The notes under the pieces were generated by a model. The model made no database searches, had not been told where the DNA came from, and saw only the letters and a program-made list of their open reading frames with translations. Of a stretch of DNA of 56,090 nucleotides, positions 45,679-53,234 are shown one piece after another. Positions within the stretch are counted from its first letter, which is position 1. Every line of letters begins with the position of its first letter. Origin of the DNA: Candidatus Brockarchaeota archaeon (GTDB lineage Archaea > Thermoproteota > EX4484-205 > JAAOZP01). Where the stretch lies: the NCBI GenBank assembly GCA_017601395.1, contig JAFNIQ010000005.1, positions 1 to 56,090 of the forward strand, in the 5' to 3' direction. A program made the position numbers and the translations under genes.

Positions 45679-47019
45679 CTAAGAAGCTCTTCCAACTTCC
45701 TCGTGAACCCTTTTGTGGAACCCCCTTACCTTTATTCTCCACTCGTCGAACCACCTATGAGGCGGGTAATCCACATAAAACTGCCTGAAATCCTCCATTA
45801 GCTTAACAGTCCTGTTAAGCTTCATAAGAAAGCCCGGTTTACCGATTCCCGCGAAAAACCTTGAAGCCTTCTCAGTAATGTTGAGCCTAAGACTCCCGCC
45901 CATGCTTGCCTCCAGAAGATCCCCGCTTTTAATAAGCCCCTGGGCCAAGCCGTAGTTTATAAGCTCATTGTTCAAGCCCTGTAGGAAAACCCTGAAAACG
46001 TCTAGAGAAGCCTGTTTAAAACCGTAGCTTCTCATATACTCCGTGTTGAAACCCCATAGGGATTCCTCGTCTACACAGCCCCTCTCCAAAGCTTCTGCAA
46101 CAACCTTGGCAGCCAGGAAGCCGCCGGTCATGGAAGACCCTATTCCCCCGCCGTGCAGAGGGTTAACCATGAAAGCCGCGTCTCCGACAGCTATAAAGCC
46201 GTTCCAAACGGCGGAGTCTATGGGCCTCCTGGCGGGAACTATTCCCCCACCCCTGTGGACAACGCCTACGATATTATCCTTAAGGCAGGGAAGCTTGTCG
46301 ACCCATTTTCTGAAGAGAAGCTTAGGATTCGCTGAACCCTTGGCGACGCCTAGGCCCGCGTTAACCCTTCCCTCCCCCTCCGGGAAAACCCAGAAGTAGC
46401 CTCCGGGAGCCTCATCCATATCTAGGTAGATGGCTGGGAGGGGAGGAGTCGTCCTCGTCTCCAAGATCTCTCGGTAGCACACCAGTGTTTCATCATCGTC
46501 AAGCTCCTGGTCAAAGCCCACTTTTTGAAGTTCTCTAGAGAGAACTCTTGAAGCACCCGTAGCATCCACAGTCACCTTCGCGTAAACATCCTGCTTAACA
46601 CCATTCTTGCCAACCAGCCTAACCCCTTTAACGCAACCCTGCTCCACGATCAGTCCCCTGGCCTGCGTCTCCGGCTTAAACTCGCATCCAGCGTCCAAGG
46701 CCAGTTTAAGGAGAAACTGGCCGAATTCAAGCCTGTTTAAAGCGTACGCGCTTAAGCCCTCGGCAACTACGCTGAGGCAAGTATGCATGTCGGGAGAGTA
46801 TATTTCTATCCCAGGGTATATGGAGAAATAGGTTTCACTGGGCAGGGTTAGCCTGAGCCTCTCCAAATGATGCGAGCCAAGAGCGTCTCCACAAACCTTG
46901 TCTCCAACCTTCTCCTGGCGCGACTTATCCACCAGGAGAACTTTCAGCCCTTTTCTGGCTGCTTCCCTGGCAAGCGTTGCGCCAGCCACGCCCGCGCCTG
47001 CTATGCACACGTCGTACAT
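45679..47019 (-). CDS. Geranylgeranyl reductase (digeranylgeranylglycerophospholipid reductase family)
   Basis: DVCIAGAGVAG, KVCGDA, PGGYFWVFP, VGDAAFMVNPLHGGGI. Confidence 0.9.
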   Translation of the reverse strand: MYDVCIAGAGVAGATLAREAARKGLKVLLVDKSRQEKVGDKVCGDALGSHHLERLRLTLPSETYFSIYPGIEIYSPDMHTCLSVVAEGLSAYALNRLEFGQFLLKLALDAGCEFKPETQARGLIVEQGCVKGVRLVGKNGVKQDVYAKVTVDATGASRVLSRELQKVGFDQELDDDETLVCYREILETRTTPPLPAIYLDMDEAPGGYFWVFPEGEGRVNAGLGVAKGSANPKLLFRKWVDKLPCLKDNIVGVVHRGGGIVPARRPIDSAVWNGFIAVGDAAFMVNPLHGGGIGSSMTGGFLAAKVVAEALERGCVDEESLWGFNTEYMRSYGFKQASLDVFRVFLQGLNNELINYGLAQGLIKSGDLLEASMGGSLRLNITEKASRFFAGIGKPGFLMKLNRTVKLMEDFRQFYVDYPPHRWFDEWRIKVRGFHKRVHEEVGRAS

Positions 47020-47114
47020 TAGGCGTGCGGAGGCTTAGGAGGGATAAAAGGGTTTCTCAACAGTTTTTAAGCGGTTTAACGGATACTGGAAGCGTGGAGA
47101 AACCTGGGAACGGG

Positions 47115-48281
47115 ATGGATTTCGAAACGATGAGCATCAGGGAGGGGAGGGCTGAAATAATCGTTCCCAAACCGGATTACTACAGGGTTTCGCCGAATGA
47201 ATACGTGCCTTCTAAGGCACCCGTATTCTACAATCCTTTGATGAAGGAGAATAGGGATTTCACGGTCATGGTTGCTAGTGTGATCAGGAGGAGGGTTGGA
47301 TACAGCCTCTGTTTCGGCGATTCTATGGCGGGCGTCGGAGTAAGATCGATAAGGGTTGTTACGGAGGCAGGGTGGGATGAGGCCCATGTGAACGATTCAA
47401 GCCAGAGAGCCTTTGCAACCATAGTTATGAATATTAGGCTGAACAGGCTGGAGGAGAGGCTGCACGCGTCTAAAATGGATGCGAATGTTTTCCACGTGGA
47501 ACATTCCCCTAGGGGCAGCAGGTTTGACATGCTTGAGCTGGATCCTTTCGGAACACCCGTAAGGTTTCTTGACACTTGTTTTCAAGCCGTTAAACACGGC
47601 GGCGTGCTCAGCGTAACCGCCACTGACACAGCCAACCTTTTCGGCGTGCATAAGCGGGCTGCGAGAATGCTTTACGGCGTGAATGTTTTGAAAACTGGCT
47701 TCATGCGGGAGATTGGAGTCAGGGTTCTGCTTAAAGCAGTGGCCGAGGCTGCCGCTAGGAATGAAAGAGGAATAGAACCTATTGTTTCAGTTACGAGGAG
47801 GCATTACGTTAAGGTTTTAGTAAGGGTTTTGAAGGGTAGGAAACATGCTTTCAAAAGTGTTTCGCAAATCAGGTTTCTTAAATTAAGGAGGGTTGAGAAA
47901 ATATATGTGCCACTCGGTGTGGTTGACGTTGAAGAAGGATGCGAGAAGGATTCCCTGCTGCTGGGGCCGCTCTACACTGGTCAGACATACTCTAGGGAAT
48001 GGCTTGAAAAAATGCTGCTTCTGAAAACAGAGAATACATTTGTGGATAAAGATGTTTTCAAAACCCTTGAAACCCTAGTCTCGGATGACCAGAAGATCGT
48101 GGGGGGCATTGATTTAACCGGGTTGGCTTCAAGCCTGCATGTGAACCCCCCTGGGAGAAGCCTTATTATAGAGAGGCTTGCGAGAGAAGGGTTTACAGCG
48201 TGCAGAAGCGGTTTCGATAATAATTGCGTGAGGACTGATGCTGGGCTTGACGAGCTTGTTAGAATTATTAGAAGCCTTTGA
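47115..48281 (+). CDS. trm1: tRNA (guanine-26 N2,N2)-dimethyltransferase
   Basis: VFYNPLMKENRD, GVRSIR, DANV, LDPFGTP, VTATD; start reassigned to ATG 47115. Confidence 0.9.
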   Translation: MDFETMSIREGRAEIIVPKPDYYRVSPNEYVPSKAPVFYNPLMKENRDFTVMVASVIRRRVGYSLCFGDSMAGVGVRSIRVVTEAGWDEAHVNDSSQRAFATIVMNIRLNRLEERLHASKMDANVFHVEHSPRGSRFDMLELDPFGTPVRFLDTCFQAVKHGGVLSVTATDTANLFGVHKRAARMLYGVNVLKTGFMREIGVRVLLKAVAEAAARNERGIEPIVSVTRRHYVKVLVRVLKGRKHAFKSVSQIRFLKLRRVEKIYVPLGVVDVEEGCEKDSLLLGPLYTGQTYSREWLEKMLLLKTENTFVDKDVFKTLETLVSDDQKIVGGIDLTGLASSLHVNPPGRSLIIERLAREGFTACRSGFDNNCVRTDAGLDELVRIIRSL

Positions 48282-48888
48282 AAAACCTAGCGACCAGATA
48301 AAATTCTGAACTCCCCTTGCGGGAAGCCTTAGGCTTAAATCTTTTGACAAACCTGAAGAGCCTCATAACCCTTCTGTAAACTCTATTGGAACCCTCTCCC
48401 TCGAAAACCTTAATCACCATCGACCCTCCTGTCTTCAACAGGTCCCTCGACAGTTGGAGGACCCTTTCAACCATCTCGATCTGCCTAGCGTGATCGAGCT
48501 CATAGATCCCAGACATGTTAGGCGAGAGGTCTGAAAGAATCACGTCGAACCTGCTTTTAGATTCTTTTAAAACTTTTCCAACAAAGTCCTCGTCAAAAAC
48601 GTCGAGCACGATTGTCTTAATATTCTCAGAACCCAGGTTTTCAACTTCCTTAACATCCACCCCAATAACCAGCCCGGTTTCACCGACGGCTTCAGAAGCA
48701 ACTTGAAGCCATCCTCCTGGTGCGCACCCAATATCTAGAACAATATCGCCTGTTCTGATAACCCTGTACTTATCCAGTATCTGCTTAAGCTTGTACGACG
48801 CCCTGCTACGATATCCCTCTTTTTTCGAAAGTATAAAATACGGGTCACGCTTCCTCTCTTGAAGCCACCGCCTCTTTGACTTCAGCAT
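48268..48888 (-). CDS. rlmE: 23S rRNA 2'-O-methyltransferase (RlmE/FtsJ)
   Basis: GYRSRASYKL, DIGCAPGGW, ILSDLSP, KPKASRKGSSEFY. Confidence 0.95.
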   Translation of the reverse strand: MLKSKRRWLQERKRDPYFILSKKEGYRSRASYKLKQILDKYRVIRTGDIVLDIGCAPGGWLQVASEAVGETGLVIGVDVKEVENLGSENIKTIVLDVFDEDFVGKVLKESKSRFDVILSDLSPNMSGIYELDHARQIEMVERVLQLSRDLLKTGGSMVIKVFEGEGSNRVYRRVMRLFRFVKRFKPKASRKGSSEFYLVARFFKGF

Positions 48889-49258
48889 CCGCTCCCCCCA
48901 CGCCGATCGTAAGTATCCACTTATCCAGTAGTTCACAACGTTCAGGGCTTATTGCAGATCCTGGTGAACAACTCCTGTTGAAATGCTGGCATGCAAAGCA
49001 TGGTGAACCCTTCAACGAATCTATCTTTGGAACCTTGCGCGTCGAGTAGAGCTTATAGGTCCATCTCTCCTTGTGAAGAACCCTCTCCCTCTTTATCAGC
49101 CCCCATGACTCCAGTTTCAAGCAGATTCTCGACCCCTCTCTGCTCGATATGTTAAGCATCTTGTATAGGTCTGTCTGAACCACTCCGTCCTTGGAACGCA
49201 TTATGATGTTAAGGACCTTTCCCTCAAGCCTGTATCTTCTCGAGACCTTTCTGACCAC
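48845..49258 (-). CDS. Transcription factor E beta subunit (RPC34/RPC39-like wHTH plus 4Fe-4S domain)
   Basis: wHTH GVVQTDLYKMLNISSREGSRICLKLE..GLIKRE, then PCFAC..C..ISPERC..LDKW. Confidence 0.8.
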   Translation of the reverse strand: MVRKVSRRYRLEGKVLNIIMRSKDGVVQTDLYKMLNISSREGSRICLKLESWGLIKRERVLHKERWTYKLYSTRKVPKIDSLKGSPCFACQHFNRSCSPGSAISPERCELLDKWILTIGVGGADAEVKEAVASREEA

Positions 49259-49369
49259 CGAGGCTTTATCACCACTGTTAACAGTAGCGTTTCCAAGCTA
49301 TAAAGGTTTTCCGAGCACTATGCTTTTCTGGGCTGAAAGGCGTATTTTAGAGCATAAAGGCATACTGGC

Positions 49370-49990
49370 TTATTTACGCTTTCTGAGGAGCATTAAACCA
49401 TCTTTCTCGAAGACGTATTCGAAACCCGCTTCCAGAAGCTCTTTAGCCTCCTCTATAGTCTTCGCGACTTTAACCGTAAACTCGTCATTCTCCTCACCTT
49501 AGAGAGCCTTTTCAACCTGGATGTAGAGCATTGTGTTTTCAATATCCTTATGGCCGAGCATCTCTTTAACGTGCAAGATATCCTTAGTTTTATGGTACTC
49601 CATAGTTGCTTTCCAATGCCTAAAGGTGTGGAAGGTTATTCTTAGAAGCCTAGGGTTATTAAGCTTCCTCGCCAGCCTCTTACGTTGGGCCTCGAAATTC
49701 GCCTTAAGCGCCCTATATTGCGTGGGGAAAAGCCTCTCGTTAATCTTAGGCAGCGTGTTGAGCATCCCCATGAGCCTAGGGCTTATTCTGAAGATCCTGG
49801 GGTTAGAGTTCTTCTCAGGCTCGTTCAGGATTATGACTTTCCTCTCCAGGTCTACATCTCTCCAAGTTAGCCTCAACGCTTCTCCTATCCTCATGCCGGT
49901 TTCTTTAAGCAATTGTAGAAGTATGGAGACCTTGGGACCACAGCCAGCTATCAACGCATCCAACTCGCTCTCCAAGGGTATGAAGGGCAG
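49370..49990 (-). pseudogene. Tyrosine recombinase/integrase, N-terminally truncated, with a premature stop
   Basis: LPFIP..ETGMRIGE, PEKNSNPR, FHTFRHW, LGHK..TMLY. An in-frame TAA at 49499-49501 precedes the tail EFTVKVAKTIEEAKELLEAGFEYV..RKRK*. Confidence 0.85.
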
Positions 49991-50032
49991 GGGCCCTCTT
50001 ATGAGATCTATATTGTTGCAATATTTTTCATC

Positions 50033-50827
50033 TTACAGCACAAGTCCCTCGCAGTATATCTTATTATACCCTTTTCTCAATATACATAGGCCTACCAAGA
50101 ATGTAGAGATAGAGGCGATTATGAAAGTAAAGTACTCCAATGATATAACTGGCAATTCTTCGAAAAGGATCTTGCGCCAAACCAGATAAGCCCATGAATA
50201 TGGTAGAAGCCACACAAATTGTTGTAATATTGGCGGCAATATTGTTAGAGGGAAGTATTGCCCTGAGAACACATATTCGAAGAACCTGAAGGCGAGGCTA
50301 ACGGGCTCGGCTTTTTTGGTAATGTAAACTACGCCGTTCTCAAGAAAGTTTAGACCGATGCTCATTGTCATCCATAACACCAGAAAGAGTAGGATTGATT
50401 CCAATCTCATACTTAAGTTTCTCAAGGACGCGATTGCTATGGCATATATGAGGACAGGATACGCATTAAATTTCACGTATATGCTAAGCCAAGTTTGTAT
50501 TAGAATTAAATATGGGGGAATTGGCCTTGAAAATGAATAATAGAACGAACTCAAGTGAAGCGGGAAGTTATATCTAAATGGATTTGCGATCTGGGAGAGT
50601 AAGAGCCCGGAGAGAATGAATCCTAGCGGCATGCTCACGCCATACTCCAAAATACCCCTCTGGTAGATTATTGAGTAGCCGAGGAAATAATACGTCAGAA
50701 AGGAACCAATAGTCCCAACTGCAGTGGTAACTATAACAGATCTGTATGCAACGATCTCATACCAATTCCCCAGTATCGAGTAATACCATAAGGACCTAAG
50801 CACCGCTTTTATGTTCACTTGCCTCAC
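50033..50827 (-). CDS. ABC-2 type exporter permease
   Basis: About 6 TM segments; FSGQYFPLTILPPILQ..LLPYSW motif. Confidence 0.85.
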   Translation of the reverse strand: MRQVNIKAVLRSLWYYSILGNWYEIVAYRSVIVTTAVGTIGSFLTYYFLGYSIIYQRGILEYGVSMPLGFILSGLLLSQIANPFRYNFPLHLSSFYYSFSRPIPPYLILIQTWLSIYVKFNAYPVLIYAIAIASLRNLSMRLESILLFLVLWMTMSIGLNFLENGVVYITKKAEPVSLAFRFFEYVFSGQYFPLTILPPILQQFVWLLPYSWAYLVWRKILFEELPVISLEYFTFIIASISTFLVGLCILRKGYNKIYCEGLVL

Positions 50828-51797
50828 TTCCTACTAACATTCTGAAGACATCGCTTAATGTGGGCTCCTCATATGTTAATGAAAGTATTTCCGTGCCAGA
50901 CGAGCTGGATAATTCAACTAATCTTTTGGGTTTAAGACTACCTTTAATCGCTTTCACGACGATCGTTGAATCGTCTTTGATCTCGTCGACTTCCGTTACT
51001 CCCTCAATTTTTTCTATCTCGGATCTGAATTCAGAATATCTCCCGCGAACCTTTATCATGATTCGATCATATTTTTGAACCAATCCCTTAAGATCCTTTG
51101 GACTGCCGGAGGTGATCATTTCTCTCTTCAGAAAAATTATTCGATCACAAAGGTATTCCGCTTCTTCCATATTCTGCGTAGTTAGTAATATGGTTTTTCC
51201 ATCATCTTTAAGCTTCTTTAATACTGCCCATATTTCCATGCAAGACAGCGGATCCAAGTGTATCGTTGGTTCATCGAGTACTATACATGGCTTGTCATTC
51301 ATTAGTATTTCGGCTAGCATTAATTTCCTCTGCATACCTGAGGAAAAACGAGCAGGCCATTCGTCTTTCCATGCTAGTAACCCGACGGCCCTAAGTACTT
51401 CCGTCGCTTTCTCCCTAATATTTCCTCTAATGCAATTTATAGCTGCAAGCATCTCTAAGTACTTGATTGCCGGCAAGCGAATGAAGCCTTGTTCAAGATT
51501 CATGTAGCCAGTTAGGTAGAGTGTTATGTATTTTTCACAGACCCTTCGCTTAAGTCTTCGGATGTCCTCTCCCATTATGAACACGGTGCCTCTTGATGGC
51601 TTCAATAACCCGCTTATTATCAGTGATAGAGTAGTCTTTCCAGCACCATTGGGGCCTAATATACCTAAAATCTCACCTTCACTGACATTAAAATTAATTT
51701 CCCTTAAAGCGAGGATTTCTTTTCCCCTTCCTGAATAAGACTTCCATAAATCATCGACAACGATAGGCTCCAACGGAGTCCCTTTTTTAATCAACAT
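50796..51797 (-). CDS. ABC-2 type exporter ATP-binding protein
   Basis: GPNGAGKT, FSSGMQRK, VLDEPT, TTQNMEEAE..CDR. Confidence 0.9.
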   Translation of the reverse strand: MLIKKGTPLEPIVVDDLWKSYSGRGKEILALREINFNVSEGEILGILGPNGAGKTTLSLIISGLLKPSRGTVFIMGEDIRRLKRRVCEKYITLYLTGYMNLEQGFIRLPAIKYLEMLAAINCIRGNIREKATEVLRAVGLLAWKDEWPARFSSGMQRKLMLAEILMNDKPCIVLDEPTIHLDPLSCMEIWAVLKKLKDDGKTILLTTQNMEEAEYLCDRIIFLKREMITSGSPKDLKGLVQKYDRIMIKVRGRYSEFRSEIEKIEGVTEVDEIKDDSTIVVKAIKGSLKPKRLVELSSSSGTEILSLTYEEPTLSDVFRMLVGSEASEHKSGA

Positions 51798-51849
51798 TCC
51801 GTATACTTAAAAACTTTATTCCAATGCGTTATCATTAAGGCATCTGTTT

Positions 51850-51990
51850 TTATGTTGGACTTTTTTCTGGACCTATCTGACATTTCCAACAGGAACCATC
51901 ACAAGCGATACATAATGGTTCCACTTTATCCTTTTTAGTACTTGGATTAATGACTTTCGCAATAGGTTTCTGATATTTTTCCTTACTCAT
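51850..51990 (-). CDS. 46-aa Cys-rich peptide, candidate RiPP precursor (not in the ORF track)
   Basis: MSKEKYQKPIAKVINPSTKKDKVEPLCIACDGSCWKCQIGPEKSPT*. GGAGA just before the ATG; co-oriented and directly upstream of the ABC exporter. Confidence 0.7.
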   Translation of the reverse strand: MSKEKYQKPIAKVINPSTKKDKVEPLCIACDGSCWKCQIGPEKSPT

Positions 51991-51992
51991 AT

Positions 51993-52015
51993 TTCTCCAA
52001 AAATTTTTTGGAGAA
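51993..52015. promoter_or_regulatory. Perfect 11-bp inverted repeat overlapping the peptide gene's SD
   Basis: TTCTCCAAAAA-T-TTTTTGGAGAA. Confidence 0.55.
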
Positions 52016-52128
52016 GGAGTGAGCATAAGCTTTTTTCTTAAAAAAAGAGTTATTGATCAATTTTATTGTACATGGATCTAACTACTAATGTTTAAGGAAA
52101 AAAGAGGGGGACCGGGGAGATTCCACTC

Positions 52129-52362
52129 TCAGGCCTTTCTGGGTTTAAAAAACACGACCTCGCCTTTCCCAACTTTCTTGGCGTTTCTTTTTAAAACCAC
52201 CACGGCATAGGGCTCTTTAACTGGACCTATTATGTCTGTAACGCTGCCTATCGGCCTCATTTCCCTGCTTAAGACGAGGGAGCCTAAGCCAACTAGTCCA
52301 TCCAGCCTAACTAGAGCAATCCTGTTGTTAAGAATGTTTTCAACAGTCCCTTTACGTTTCAA
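52129..52362 (-). CDS. gar1: H/ACA RNP protein Gar1/Naf1
   Basis: IGSVTDIIGPVKEPYAVV; follows srp19. Confidence 0.85.
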   Translation of the reverse strand: MKRKGTVENILNNRIALVRLDGLVGLGSLVLSREMRPIGSVTDIIGPVKEPYAVVVLKRNAKKVGKGEVVFFKPRKA

Positions 52363-52655
52363 CCGGCACCACCCTTCATGGCCCTCCCGATTTTTTCAAT
52401 AATACTCTTCTTCCGCATATCCTTGCAGAAAACTACTATTCGCCCACACTTAACATTGCTCACCCTCGGATAAGCCTTGTCGGGTTCCACAATGATCTTT
52501 AAGCCAAGCTTTCGACATGCTTCCTCAACCCTAGCTAGGCTCGGAGAATCAACCGCAAGAACCTTGGGCACCCGCCTACCCATTTTTCGCGAGGCCCTGG
52601 AGTCAAAATACTGTGGGTAAACTATTACGTAGCGTTCCTTAGAAATGCTTTTCAT
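52359..52655 (-). CDS. srp19: Signal recognition particle protein SRP19
   Basis: VYPQYFDSRASRKMGRRVPK..AVDSP, DKAYPR. Confidence 0.9.
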   Translation of the reverse strand: MKSISKERYVIVYPQYFDSRASRKMGRRVPKVLAVDSPSLARVEEACRKLGLKIIVEPDKAYPRVSNVKCGRIVVFCKDMRKKSIIEKIGRAMKGGAG

Positions 52656-53041
52656 CTTTCAGAAACCAGTTTAGCGTTCACAACCCCGTTAGAGCCCGGT
52701 TTAGAGGTAACTACAGCATTGCCCACTTCAGTCTTTATTATAGCACCCTTAGTTATTATTTTCATCCTTCCGAACTCCCTGTTCGCAGGGTTATCAACTA
52801 CGTCTAAAACCTTGGCTTTCACAACCCTATCCTTCTCAACAGCGACGTTAGCATAAGCAGCCTGAGTAACCCTAAGCTTTAATCCTCCTCCTCTGACCCT
52901 AACCTTTTCAACAACATTATTCTCCCCGAGCCTCGTAAGGGTTGGCGGCCGCCCCATTTCATACTTTCGTTTACTCCTGTTAGGGTGACTCTTACCCCCT
53001 GTCTTCTTCCTCTTGAATATGTCTCCGTGGTATACTGACAA
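52652..53041 (-). CDS. rps8e: 30S ribosomal protein S8e
   Basis: KRKKTGG, KRKYEMGRPP, RVRGG, IITKGAII, VTSKPG..GVVNA. Confidence 0.95.
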   Translation of the reverse strand: MSVYHGDIFKRKKTGGKSHPNRSKRKYEMGRPPTLTRLGENNVVEKVRVRGGGLKLRVTQAAYANVAVEKDRVVKAKVLDVVDNPANREFGRMKIITKGAIIKTEVGNAVVTSKPGSNGVVNAKLVSER

Positions 53042-53234
53042 CCTGCCCCAGACTTCTTAAAATAATGCTTAAAAACTTATTCCTAGGCGTTTATGCTAAG
53101 CTTTATGAGGCTGTGGAGCGGCTTAACATTTAGTTTTCGAAGCGGGGAGGGTTCTAAAAGTTATATTAAAAAGAAAGACCGTGAATATTATTCTAATGCG
53201 AATAGTGTTAGCGAACTTGGAGAGGGTTTAAAGA

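Noticed and set aside
11695-49501. Four genes carry in-frame TAA stops (11695, 12611, 18242, 49499), suggesting TAA recoding
   Set aside because: Intact genes here end in TAA (e.g. 871, 16961, 19485, hisI at 28584), and several of the affected genes have other lesions. Ordinary nonsense mutation explains it.
52108-52123. Minus-strand GAATCTCCCCGGTCCC resembles a tRNA T-arm/acceptor 3' end (possible att site) at the island edge
   Set aside because: Only about 16 nt, no TTC, no matching tRNA or second copy in the window, and on the unexpected side of the island.
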